From: Eledone cirrhosa
Taxonomy: Eukaryota
Assembly (NCBI GenBank): GCA_964016885.1
Contig: OZ024763.1
Span: 13,454,001 to 13,518,000 of the forward strand
Length of the DNA stretch: 64,000 bases
Direction of reading: 5' to 3'
The first letter of the stretch is position 1; each line of letters opens with the position of its first letter. The translations under genes were made by a program, and so were the position numbers. Of the stretch, positions 1 to 13,307 are shown piece after piece. The notes beneath the pieces were generated by a model that was not told the origin of the DNA, did no database searches, and saw only the letters and a list, made by a program, of their open reading frames with translations.

Positions 1-1502
1 ATGAGCTTGGCTGGTCACGCTTGGGGATCCATTCGGATCAATTGGAGACCGTAGCCTCTGACATGACCCGCTAGAAGGAGTACTTGAGGACTCTGCCCCC
101 AAAACCCTCTCAAGAATAAGTGGGCAAAGAATAAACCACCCACTCTAATACATATTTTTCTTTTGTATTTGAAAGGCTGGTATTTATTTTATCGATGCCT
201 TTTTGTCAAACTGCTAAGTTGTGGACAAAGAAACACACACGCATTCTTTACTGGTTTCAATCAAACTGTGGCCATGCTAGGGCATTACCTTAAAGTGATT
301 TAGTGGATTATAATAAACCCCAATATTTATATTTTTCAAAGTCTTGTACTGATTTTATCAACTTTTTGGTGAAACTGCTAAGTTAAGGGATGTCAACAAA
401 CAGTAAACACAAACACATACAGAAGAGGCTTCCACACAGTTTCTGTCTACCAAATTTCGTTCACAGGACACTAGTCAACCTGAGGCTATAGCAGAAGATT
501 CTTGCTGAAGATAGCAAGCAGTGGGACTGAACCCGAAGACTGGTTGCAAAGTAAACCTCCATAATCGATATTCCATTTACATGCTTTGCTACCCACCTCC
601 ATTGATCACATTCACACCCAGTGAACCATAAACATGTCATGTCCAAGCATTAATCAGACCATGCCATGCCAGACAGTATGTCAGCCACCACATCACTAGA
701 GTGTGTAAAAGCTAAACTCACACACACACACACATTTGGAGAGTTGGTTGCAGGTGTTGACCGCTGAAATCATGTATTGGTCCAGTCAAGTCAGATGGTC
801 TGAAGCCAATATGTGGCCCTCGCATACATAATGTACACTGTGGGAGCCATCACTAGCAGTCAAGACTTGCATTAGACATCAGTGCAGTGATTGCAGTGAA
901 TGGTCATCCTCTGGTCACGCTGTAATGGACTCACTGATCTGAGCCAGCTCGACCAATCTCGGCAAACGCCGACAAGTATACAAATATAAGTATGACCAGT
1001 TGAATGAGAAGTACTGACCAAGTCTAATATACTGTAATGACCACACACAGGTCTTAGGCGGAATCTGTGATAACTTGACCAGGAATGGAAAAGGTCTTCA
1101 ACTCATGATGGATATGTAGAGGCACTGTCCTAATACACGAGTATCTTAGAGCATTTTAAACCTGGTTGAGCCCAGGCTTCTCGAGGATCTTGACCAGATC
1201 AGAGATAAAATAACAATAGATTATACAGCAGTAAATCCTCATAGAAATGTTAACCAGGATCTGGGATGTCTTGACCACAGAGTAAATTATTTCTGACCCC
1301 ATACCACCACCACCAGCAGAAAAGAACTGTTGTTGGTGATGGTGATGATAGGAACGTAGGAAAGTTTAAGTAACTAAGATAATAAACTGCAACGACATTA
1401 ACAAGAGCACAGACGATGGTGCCAATAAGTTCAGAAATGAAGGTAAGAGCGTTCCTACTACTGCCTAGCCAGGCTAGTTGTGGACTCTTCCATGTAGCGT
1501 AC

Positions 1503-1654
1503 CTGATGCCTCGAACTGGTTCCTTATGACCCTGAAACATCTTAACATTGTTCATGTTTGATTGCCAGTACTTTATATAACCAGCATGATCTGCAGTAAC
1601 CATCCATGTGTCGCTGTGACTCCACACCATGGCACGCACTGATGTATCATGTGC
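1503..1654 (-). CDS. WDR33: WDR33 coding exon 5 ([50 protein letters not shown]); gene continues beyond the left edge
   Basis: ttctag|GCA...ATC AG|gtacgc, 152 nt, phase 2; contains the [13 protein letters not shown] hallmark. Confidence 0.95.
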
Positions 1655-1735
1655 CTAGAACACACAAAGAAAAACAAGAAAGAAGATACATGAGAAATTT
1701 TATAATTAGGAAATTAAACACACACACACGCACAC

Positions 1736-1780
<45 letters not shown>

Positions 1781-1988
1781 GTTCAAGAATAGACAAAAAC
1801 ACATGCAAAAACACAAAAGTTTTAGTTCCACCCTTATATGTATATACACATATATAACACACACACACACAAATATATATATATAACATACATACATACA
1901 TACACACGTTTTACAAAGATGCGTTAATTTTTATTTGTACATCTATATAAATTGTCTGAGAAAGGGATCTTTTTTAGATTATGATCTA

Positions 1989-2035
<47 letters not shown>

Positions 2036-2280
2036 TAAGAATTAAAATACTAGAGTGTGTTGGAGTTAAACACCCTCTTCGTATTATAGAAATGACAGTA
2101 AAGGTATAGCTCAATGTAATTAAACAGAGCCGAAGAATTATGAAAATAAACCAAAGAAGCCTTCAATACATCAAAAGTCTTTATGTATTGAAGGCTAATA
2201 AAGACTTTTGATGTATTGAAGGCTTCTTTGGTTTATTTTCAAAATATATACATATATATACATATATATATATATATATC

Positions 2281-5200
2281 ATCATCATCATCATCGTCAT
2301 CGTTTAACGTCTATCTTCCATGCTAGCATGGGTTTAGTCGGTAATTGTCCCGCGTGAGGCAAGAGTGGTTGTCTTGCTCGCATAGGACTGTCTGGCGGGT
2401 TTTCTACAGCTGGATGCCCTTCCTAACACCAACCACATTTACAGTGTGGACTGGGAGATTTTTACCGTGTTACCTACACGGCCACATTACAGCGTGGACT
2501 GTGTGTTTTTTGTCGTGACACCTACACGATCTCATTTATTGAGGACTGGATGTTGTGGCACCAACATAACTTTATAGAGAAAGGGGTAGTGTAGATGGGG
2601 TTGGGAGTAGGGGTAGTGGGATGGAGGTGTATTTTTGGTTAGGAGGTGCCTAGTGTAGGTTTCGCTTTGTACTTAGGCAAGGCGGGTTTTCTGTATTACT
2701 ACGTAGCGCCAAAGATCTCGGTCCAGTGACATTGTCTTGGAGAGGTGTAAGTATGCAAGGTCGGAATTTATCAAATCGTCCCAGGTTTTTCTGGGTCTGC
2801 CTACTCCGTAGCTTCCATCTATTTTGATCGACTTGCACTTTTTTATACAGCTGTCGTCTTTCATGCGCATCACGTGACCATACCAACGTTGTCTTCTCTC
2901 GAGTAAACAGCATCTGATCCCTCTTATTCCTAATTTCTCAGTTCATTTATGCTTTGCCGTTCACATATATTACTATTACACATCCAACGGAGCATGCAAG
3001 CTTTGTTCCTCTCCAGTCTGCGCAGATCCTCTGCACACAATGCCCATATCTCACTGCCATGTAACATTGCTGTTCGTATGCAGGCATCATACAGTCTGCC
3101 TTTCATTTTTAGGGAGAAACCTTTAGCGGCCAATAGTGGTATAAGCTCTCTGAACTTTTTCCATCCCGTTCTGACTCTAGCTACTGTACTTTCAGAGACC
3201 CTCCCCCACTGCTGATTTTGTCACCCAGGTAACGGAAGGTGTCCACTATTTCTATAGAACCATCTGTGCAATGGAAGGAGCTAGTATCCTGTGGGCACTT
3301 GCTACCACTTATTGCACCTGGGCACCGGCCACATATAAAATCTATGTTCTTAGTTAGTTTACCTGTGATCCCACTACATCTTTTATGTACCCATACTTTG
3401 CATTTGGGACATAAAATGGAGTTTCTGCCTACTCCTTTCCTACACACTGAGCATGGCCATTGCCCAGATGGGACCGGTGCCCTATTTTCCTTCCTACATA
3501 CTAGAACTTTAGTCTTAGACAAGTTAATTTTAAGGCCTTTTGATTCTAGGCCATGCTTCCAAGTTTGGAATTTCTTCTCTAGTTCAGCCATTGATTCAGC
3601 TATGAGCGTTAGATCATCTGCGTATAGAAGTTCCCATGGGCAGCCGGTCTTGAACTCCGCTGTTATAGCCTGAGGGGCAATAATAAATCGGAGGGGGCTA
3701 AGAACAGAACCCTGATGAACACCGACTTTTACATTAAATTCTTCACTATATTCGTTGTTAATTCTAACCTTGCTGCCTGTTTCTTTATACATGGCTTGTA
3801 TAGCTCTCGCGAGCCATTCATCAACACCTAGTTTTCTAAGAGCCCACCAGATAATGGAGCGGGGGACTCTGTCAAAGGCTTTCTCCAAGTCAACAAAAGC
3901 TAAGTAAAGAGGTTTACTTTTAGCTAGGTACTTCTCGTGTAGTTGTCGTACAAGGAAAAGAGCGTCTGTGGTACTTTTACCTGACACAAACCCAAACTGC
4001 ATTTCATCTAGATCAATTCGCTCTCTGATTAGTTGTGCTATAACTTTTTCTGTGACCTTCATGACCTGGTCAATTAATTTAATACCTCTATCGTTTCCCC
4101 TATCTAGGGCATCTCCTTTACCCTTGTAGCAGTTAATGATGATGCTGCTATGCCAGTCATTTGGTATGACCCCATTCTGTATGACTTGGTTTACTATCCG
4201 GGAGACCATAGTGTGTCCCACTGATCCAGATGCTTTCAGTATTTCAGCAACTATCTCCGAAGGCCCAGCTGCTTTGGCTGTCTTCATATCTTTAATTGCC
4301 TTACTTATTATACTACCTTCAACTTGTACTGCTGGATCGATTTGGGGCAGACTATCTTTTTCCCACTTATTCAAAGCTACCTTCTTATCAGTATCAGTGA
4401 TGGCAAGTACACCATCATCATTACGGACACACTTCTCCCTGACAATATCACAGTTTTCCTTGACACATTGTCTAGCAATCCTGAACACCTCACGTTTTTG
4501 GTCCTCGCGTTGTAGAACATGCTTGAACTTTCTTTCCCCTGCTTCCCTTCTTGCAAGGTACAGTCTCCTAGCTTCCCTCCTGGCCACTCGATAGTGTTCT
4601 CTACTTCCCCCATCCCGCCATACTTTCCAAGCTTGCTTTTTGGCTTTGATTGACTCCTCCACCTTACTGTTCCACCACCATGTTACTCTCCTCCTGCCTA
4701 TAGGTCTGCTCCAGCCACAGATTTCATCTGTCACTTTCAGCAGGTTAACTTTCAGGAATTCCCAGTTCCTCTATACAGTACGTCTCTAATCGATCTTCCT
4801 TACTGTCAAAAGCATCAAGTAATAAGCTTTTAAATTTGTTACTGGCTGTGGGGTCCTTTAACTTCCATATTCTTCTTCTCAGGGTGGTCCTCCTCTGTTG
4901 TCAAGTACGTCTCGACCTGACTATGAGGTCACTAACTATGAGGCTATGTTGGGAGGTGCATTCTTTGTGGAGGGATTTAGTGTTTACAACCGACACTTTG
5001 TCACATGTGGTAAGGATATAATCTGACTGGCGTGTTCCCCTGATCTATAGGTGATCAAGTGATTGTCTCGTTTTTTGAACTTTGTGTTGCAGATAGTTAT
5101 GTTATTTGCGTCACAGGATTCCAGAATTCTGAAGCCTTCCTCATTTCTGGTACCAAACCCGTAGCCTCCATGGATTCCGTCATAGCCGTCACAATATTGT

Positions 5201-5645
5201 CCAACATGACCATTTAGGTCGCCAGCGATAATTATGTAGTCACTGTCAGTTAGTTGGGAGGTAGTGAGCATTAGCGACTCATAGAATCTGTCTTTTATAA
5301 CGCCAGGCAGTCCAGATTGGGGTGCATAAGCAGATATTATTGTCACAGTAGTTCTATTTAGGACAAGTCTTATTTTGATTATTCTGTCGTCCACTATTTA
5401 CGTCAATTACCTTATCTACCCAATTTTCTGCTAACATAATTCCTACCCCACCCAGCCCATTTTCATTTCCCACCCAGAAAAGTTTATATCATCGTTTTTT
5501 ACCCACAATGAATCTAGCAGACCCACCCCTCCACCTGGTCTCTTGGACACAACAAGCATCAACTTCCTTACGTTCAAGCATCTCTACAACTTCATTAGAG
5601 CGACCTTTTAAAGTGCCTACATTCATGGTACCAACTCTGAAGTTT
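2281..5645 (-). mobile_element. Near full-length degenerate RTE-clade LINE (APE endonuclease, RT, PHD-like Cys cluster) with (GAT)n tail, inside a WDR33 intron
   Basis: ORFs 4984-5394 (SAYAPQ, GDLNGHVG), 3181-4734 (DLEKAFD, QGSVLSP, YADD), 2930-3133 and 2673-2873 (GRPRKTW); several frameshifts. Confidence 0.93.
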
Positions 5646-5878
5646 TGGATTTTGTTACAAAGTGTTTCAGTTTGCTTGAAGCATAGTAGAATAAGAAATA
5701 CAAATTTAAATATTTGGAAGCCCTACAATGCATGCAAGATTAAAAGTGCCAAGGTAATAGGAGTTATAAAAAATTCTATCATCATCACACTTTTCACAGT
5801 CTTTTATTCTCTATAACGCCTTTTGCCTTGGCACTTATAATCTTGCCTGCATTGTTGGGCTTCCAAATATTTAAACTT

Positions 5879-5913
<35 letters not shown>

Positions 5914-5915
<2 letters not shown>

Positions 5916-6101
5916 CGAAGGCAATGTGGTAAGGAACCAAGTGGACCATAACGCACCAAAGTACTCAATACTTAGGGTAGTAGAGTGGGTAATAGGAACG
6001 AGTAGGACCCCGACGGCTGAGCTCAAGCCGTTTCGACGGCTAATTCTGGACTAATTAGCCGTCGAAACGGCTCGAGCTCAGCCGTCGGGGTCCTACTCGT
6101 T

Positions 6102-6104
<3 letters not shown>
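5914..6104. mobile_element. About 190-bp hairpin element in (TA)n (probable Penelope-like remnant); copies at 10865-11070, 35051-35168, 35219-35410 and 36097-36292
   Basis: Shared body ...gtactcaatacttagggtagtagagtggg followed by an inverted repeat of about 50 bp; always flanked by (TA)n. Confidence 0.7.
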
Positions 6105-6145
<41 letters not shown>

Positions 6146-7092
6146 ATGAAATAGTGCTTCCTTTTAACCCTTCTGTTATATTTCTAATGAAAGACACTGT
6201 CTAGGATTTTCAAATAATTTTGAAAATAATCAAGAATTTGGAGGGATTTAGTAATATAACTAACTTTCTCCTAATTAAGTGTGTGTTTAGCACTTGATGG
6301 TTCTTTCATAAAATTATGATTACCATATTTCTAATGAAAGACAGCGCCTATGATTATTCAAATAATTTTTGAAAATAATATAGTATTTTGGAGTTATTTA
6401 GTAATGTAACTAACTTCCGCATTAACTCTCGACATCCTGTATAATGATTTAGCAGAAAATATCTAAAAACAGTTCTGCTAATTCAAATGTTAAGATCAGA
6501 GTTGGAGTGACTTGAGTCCACACATACAGATGTAGCTGGCTTCCTGTAAGGTTGTATATTATAAGTTTTAATGATAGGGACCCCAGTCCGATTGTGAAAA
6601 TCAATGTGAAATGAAGTGTCTTCCACAAGAACATACACTGCCTGATCCAGAAATCGAACCCATAACCTTATGATCATGAGTCCAACACCTTAACCAGGCC
6701 AATACACACACAGTATCTTTACTAGTGGACAGATTATGTGGAAATTTGCAGTATTTGAGTAAAGAATATCATTTTTAATGTAATGCAGGCAATAGTACTG
6801 TTTTGTACTTTCAAGGTTTTGCTTATGTGGCCTCATATTTTACAGGAATACTTAAACTGGTGTTTGGAACATAACTTAACACTTTACATTACTCTATATT
6901 TACTATTGTATTTTCACAGCAAACATACCTCACATAATTATTTCACATAATATCGAATCTATGAGATTTTGATGTATATTTTGAGAAAAATACCTTAACA
7001 TCAGTAGGAGCAGCCAGTTACAGCTGGTTTGAACAGTAAGAGGCGAGAGTATTCTGTCCAGTTATGGCCAGTTTATGGACGGTTCTTATTTA

Positions 7093-7317
<225 letters not shown>

Positions 7318-7389
7318 TTAATATTTATGTAGTTATTAAAATGACAAAACTTAAAACATTGCAAATTGTCACAAATATATACTACATGG

Positions 7390-7443
<54 letters not shown>

Positions 7444-8792
7444 ATCATCATCATCATCATCATCACCGTTTTACATCCGTTCTTCCACGCTAGCATGGGT
7501 TAGACGGGTTGTCCTTTTGTGGGCAGTGTCCGGTCGGCTGACCTTGTCTTGCTCACACGGGAACTGATTCTAGCTTGATTTCTACAGCTGGATGCCCTTC
7601 CCAACACCAACCTCATTTACCGCGAGTGCTGGGTGCTTTTTTTTCCATGGCGCGTACACATCCACTTTACAGTGTGGGCTGGGTGCTTTTTTGCTGTGGC
7701 ACCTCCACGACCACTTTGTGGAAGATGGACGTTAAACGATGATGATGATGATTATATATATATATAATTTAATTGATGATTATATATATATATATAATTT
7801 AATTTTAGGTTTAATCAGTACATATAAAATTTATATTGATAATGTTTCTCAGTACAAAGCTCAAACTTCTAACCAGAGCATCTATAATAATTATAAATGA
7901 TATATACCTTGATATACTAGTATTTTGTACATAAAGCAAATGATATGTAGATTTTAATACAAATTTAAATATATACTCTTAGGTGCTGAGAGTGTGCTGT
8001 ACTTACATAATTCTTATGTAAGTACAGCATAATTTTAACACCTAAGTGTTGGTATATCATTTACTTTATATATATATGTAGAAAATACTACTTTGTTTCT
8101 TAATTGATATATCCAGGTATATATTGTTTACACACAATCATCATCATTTTACGTCTGCTTATCCTTGCTTGCAAGGGTGGGACGGGTCCTATTCAGCACA
8201 GCATCTCTCTATCCGTCACGGTCCTTTGCCATCTACTCTGTGAGCTTCAGCAAGCTGAAGTCAGCTCTCACCACCTCCGCCCATGTTTTTCGTAGTCTTC
8301 CTCTACTGCGTCTTCCTTCCACCGGGATTTCTTGGCACTACTTCACCCAGTGATCATCTTTCATGTGCATCACATGTCCATACCAACGCAGTCTTCTCTC
8401 CCGCACACTACAGCTTATCCTTCTTATACACAGTTTCACTCTCAACTCGTCTATGCTTGGTCGTTCAAATAAATAAAAGGATAAAGATTCCATAATTCCT
8501 TCGTAGAGGCACCATCATACTGTGTGTCTAGGGCACATTTAAACCTGGCAGAGTCCAGCCCTTTCCAGGTCTGAACACCGGTGATTTTTTTCTATAGAGG
8601 AAGAATCGACCTGAGTACTGGACTTTTTTTATCGACCTCAAAAGGATGAAAGGTAAAGTTGACCACGGCTGGATTTGTGCTCGGAGTACGCAATGAGGTG
8701 AGCATTCTATCAGACCTCTTAACGACTCTGCCAATTCGATGCCTAGTAGATATATATAAGTAATAATAAATGTGAAGACTAAAATGCAAAAA

Positions 8793-9183
8793 GGAGGCAC
8801 ATGGCTCAGTGGTTAGAGCATTAGCCTTGCTATCGAAAGGTTGTGAGTTCAATTCTCAGACCGGGTGATGTGTTGTTTCCTTGAGCAAGACACTTTATTT
8901 CCCATTGCTCCAGTTTACTCAGCTGTAGAAATGAGATGATAGGGACTGGGGTCCCTATCATTCCACTGCAAAGTGGTCGTGGAGGTGCCACGGAAAAAAA
9001 GCACCCAGCCCACACTGTAAAGTGGACGTGGAGGCGCCACGGAAAAAGCACCCAGCACTCACTGTAAATGAGGTTGGTGTTAGGAAGGGCATCCAGCTGT
9101 AGAAATCAAGCCAGAATCAGTTCCCGTCCCACCCTTGCAAGCAGGGAAAAGTGGACGCAAAATGATGATGATGATGATGATGA
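8793..9183 (+). mobile_element. SINE family A (tRNA head, CORE-like ccttgagcaagacacttt, RTE-derived tail, (GAT)n)
   Basis: A-box TGGCTCAGTGG, B-box GAGTTCAATTC; tail cccttgcaagcagggaaaag matches the RTE 3' end. Confidence 0.88.
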
Positions 9184-9200
9184 CTCCAGAGTTTTTATAT

Positions 9201-9258
<58 letters not shown>

Positions 9259-9532
9259 GAAAATGGACGTTAAACGAAGATGATGATGATATATACCCAC
9301 ACACATCTACACATTTATTGAAAATTATTAGAGTGCAAGCCCAACTACCAACTAATCAATATTTAATAACACACACGATATAAATATATATATATATATA
9401 TATTTATTAAAATAACACAAAGTTTAAGCAAAGAATCGCTGCTTCCACCTAACGGGATCTTCTGAAACTATATATATACGTGTGTGCGTGTGCGCGTGTG
9501 TGTATATATATGTATATATAGCTATTACTTAC

Positions 9533-9637
9533 CGTTAAAACAAATATTGGGCATCTGAACTTGTTGGTTGATGTACGGACAAATTTTGTGACAACACAGT
9601 TCATTGGATTGTGAAGCACGCTGAGTGGTGGCACTAA
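9533..9637 (-). CDS. WDR33: WDR33 coding exon 3 ([35 protein letters not shown])
   Basis: cccaacag|TTA...ACG|gtaagt, 105 nt; matches the conserved [17 protein letters not shown] motif. Confidence 0.93.
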
Positions 9638-10312
9638 CTGTTGGGAGAGAAAGAGGCACAGATTAGTAATAGCATTGACTGGGGGGAGACAGAGGCATAG
9701 ATTAGTGGTGGTACTGACTGGGGGCGAGAGAAAGAGGCACATAGATTAGTAGCGGCACTGACTGGGGGGAGACAGAGGCACAGTTTAGTGGTGGCATTGA
9801 CTGGGGGGGAGACAGAGGCACAGTTTAGTGGTGGCATTGACTGGGGGGGAGACAGAGGCACAGATTAGGGGTGGTACTGACTGGGGGGAGACAGAGGCAC
9901 AGATTAGTAGCGGTACTGACTGGGGGGAGACAGAGGCACAGATTAGGGGTGGCACTGACTGGGGGGGAGAGAAAGAGGCACATAGATTAGTAGTGGCACT
10001 GACTGGGGGAAGACAGAGGCACAGATTAGGGGTGGTACTGACTGGGGGGGAGAGAAAGAGGCACATAGATTAGTAGCGGCACTGACTGGGGGAAGACAGA
10101 GGCACAGATTAGGGGTGGTACTGACTGGGAGCAGACAGAGGCACAGTTTAGTGGTGGCACTGCCTGGGGGGAGAGAAAGAGGCACATAGATTAGTAGCGG
10201 CACTGACTGGGGGAAGACAGAGGCACAGATTAGGGGTGGTACTGACTGGGAGCAGACAGAGGCACAGTTTAGTGGTGGCACTGACTGGGGGGAGAGAAAG
10301 AGGCACATAAAT
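9624..10312. repeat. 39-45 bp minisatellite, 17 units, built from the WDR33 exon 3 acceptor
   Basis: Minus-strand unit ctaatctgtgcctctgtctccccccag|tcagtgccacca; the last unit is the real acceptor. Confidence 0.93.
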
Positions 10313-10675
10313 CAGTGGGATTTGAACTCAGATCATAAAGGGACGTAACTATGCTGGAAAGCATGGTGTCCGACCCTCTACCAATACTACTTAATAATTG
10401 TTTCTACTTTTGGCACAAGGCCAGTAATTACACCCAGTGCATTACTGGTACTTTATTTTATCGACCCCGTAAGGATGAAAGGCAAAGTTAACCTCAGCGG
10501 GATTTGAACTCAGAAAGTAAAGGACCATAATGGGAGTTAGTTATATTACTAAATCCTTCAAAATTCTTGATTATTTGATTTCATTAGAAATATGGGAAAG
10601 AAATAGATAAATAAGCAAGTTAAGAAGGACCCCAATAAAACCCAATCATTCTATTTATGGTAATGAAATACTTAC

Positions 10676-10744
10676 CCCTTCTTGGAAAAGGCAGTCTGGT
10701 TGAATGGCACGGAAATCACGATGGTCCCTTTGATAAAGTCGATT
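10676..10744 (-). CDS. WDR33: WDR33 coding exon 2 (NRLYQRDHRDFRAIQPDCLFQEG)
   Basis: Not in the ORF track; read manually. tttttgtag|AAT...GGG|gtaagt, 69 nt, in frame; resembles vertebrate NRIWQRDQRDMRAIQPD. Confidence 0.92.
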
Positions 10745-10826
10745 CTACAAAAACAGAAAAATTGACATGCTTAGTAAAATTATAAATAAAACAAAAATTA
10801 TTTTTATTCCACCTGCTTCTTATATG

Positions 10827-10866
<40 letters not shown>

Positions 10867-11703
10867 CGGAGGAAATGTGGTAAGGAACCAGGTGGACCAT
10901 AACGCACCAAAGTACTCAATACTTAGGGTAGTAGAGTGGGTAATAGGAACGAGTTGGACCCCGACGGCTGAGCTCAAGCCGTTTCGACGGCTAATTCTGG
11001 ACTATATTAGTCCAGAATTAGCCGTCGAAACGGCTTGAGCTCAGCCGTCGGGGTCCTACTCGTTCCTATATATATATATATATATATAAATGAAGTAATT
11101 CCGTCGGAATTACTTGCATGTGTGTTTTTATTTTTCCTTTCCTTCTTCCTTTTCCAGCCTCACTTTCATACAGATTATATTTTTGTTTTTAAAATCCAAC
11201 ACCAATAAATACACCAGGATTTTTTCATTCTGATGATTGAAAGCAAAATTTTTTTGCTTTTAAGAAACCACTGGTAAATGAAATAATTGCCTTATGTTGT
11301 TTATTACATAACTATATATATATATATATATATATGATGGCTGAAACTCTGCTAAGAGTATTGCAATCGCTTGTAACAGATCCTGAACAAGCAATGCACT
11401 CGACCAATCCCACTCTTTGGGCTTCAAAAGCACTACCCGAAAAGGAGAACTTGTCAACATCATTCGATGCTTCTGAAGCCGCAGGTTTTTTTTTCAGAGT
11501 TTCCCTCTCCTAGAAAAGTGTTGCGACAAGGCCTTTCGCTCCCAGGTGAAAAAAAAAAGTACTATTTGGATAGCATTTGACTCTGTTGAGTTCCCCCGCC
11601 CTTTGCCGAGTTTTGTATTTCATCCTCTGCAGGGTGTCCAAATATCACCCTCCTCACCAAGCAAGCTTGGTGGGATTGCCGGTTTAGTCGACGACGACCT
11701 GAG

Positions 11704-11756
<53 letters not shown>

Positions 11757-13307
11757 CAGAAGGCAAACAGAAATAACAAAGCAAACCACAATAAATCATA
11801 GCTTAGAAAATCAGGTAAAATACCCCTAGAGATGGGAAAAAGTGGCTAGCAGCTGTTACAGAGAATCCAACTCTATATATCTCAAATTCCAGCTGAATAC
11901 TTTAAACATTAAGCTAAGTGGCAGCTGACCATAGATTCCAACAAATTTAGGTAGCTATACCCACAAAAAACACAACTAAACTGTCACACACAGTCAACAA
12001 ATGAAATAAACAGTCATCAAAACGTTGTTATACTTGACACCTATGTAGGTTTAGCTGGCCTCCTACAAGGTTGCATCTTGTTTCTTGGGTGTATAAATTA
12101 CAGAGGCCCCAGTTCTGTCATAAACTCACATATATGTTATTGTTACAGCTAACACTTATGTAGGTTTAGCTGGCCTCCTACAAGGTTACATCTCATAGGT
12201 TTCTTGGGTATGTAAATTATAAGGGCCCCGGTCCTATCATAAACTCACGCATATGTTATTGTTACAACTTACAACTGTGTAGGTTTAGCAGGTTCACTAC
12301 AAAGTTGCATCTCATATAAGGTTTCTCTGGTGTTTTAATGATAGGGGGCCTTTATTTTATGATGAAAAGCAACATGAAATGCATATATAATCTGTTGCAA
12401 GAATCAAACCCACAATACCAAACCCTTTAAGATCACAAGTTCAACACTTTAACCACTAGATTAAATTAAGAGAGTCCCAAAACGGGATGCTCATCAATCC
12501 CATGTATATCTTTGTTTCGGTGCATTAAAGTAAGTGAGAGTATACACTTCCCCCTGGACAAGACCACTGTAGGATTAAACCTCAGTTACTGTTACTGGTG
12601 TGGAGGCATGTGGCCTAGTGGTATGCGTGTTGGACTTATGGTTATAATGTCATGGGTTCGATTCCTGGACTGAGTTGTGTGTTGTGTTCTTGAGCAAAAA
12701 CCACTTCATTTCACTTAGTTCCAATATACTCAGCTAAAAATGAGTACCAGCAATAGCTGACAGAGTTTAACACTGATGGACTGGAGTCTTGTTCAAGGGA
12801 AAGTGTTGTACTCGCAGTCTCTTCACATCACAAAAACTAGAATAAGCACCAGCCTGATGTGCCCCCCGAGCTCGAAACAGACATTTTGTCTGTTACTGGT
12901 ACTTATTTTTAGCTGAGTTCACTGGAGCAACATGACCCGAAATGTCTTGCTCAAGAAAACAACGTGTCGACCAGTTTAAGAAGCAAACAGATGACCGTAT
13001 GATGGTGAATCCAACACCCGAACGACTAGGCCATGCACTTTCATGAAACCTCGTTACAGTTGAAAAAACAATGGTTTTTGATTTAGGCACAAGGCGAAAG
13101 ATTTTGGAAGGGAACATTGATTAATTCAACCCAATGCATTACTGGTACTTTATTTTATCAACCCCCATAAGGAGGAAAGGCAAAGCTAACCTCTGCAGGA
13201 TGTGAACTCAGAACATAAAAGGACGTAACAGCATGTTGTCCAAAGATCTAACGATATTGCCAATCCACTGCCCTTGAAAGAAATAAAAGAAATAAAAGAA
13301 AGAATAC

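Noticed and set aside
3181-4734. Active autonomous RTE
   Set aside because: Frameshifts and deletions split the endonuclease, RT and C-terminal parts into separate ORFs.
8793-8865. tRNA gene candidates
   Set aside because: A/B boxes are present but continue into SINE bodies; no convincing acceptor stem.
9634-10308. Pro-rich repeat ORFs in several frames
   Set aside because: Minisatellite translation with frequent frameshifts; only 9533-9637 matches WDR33.
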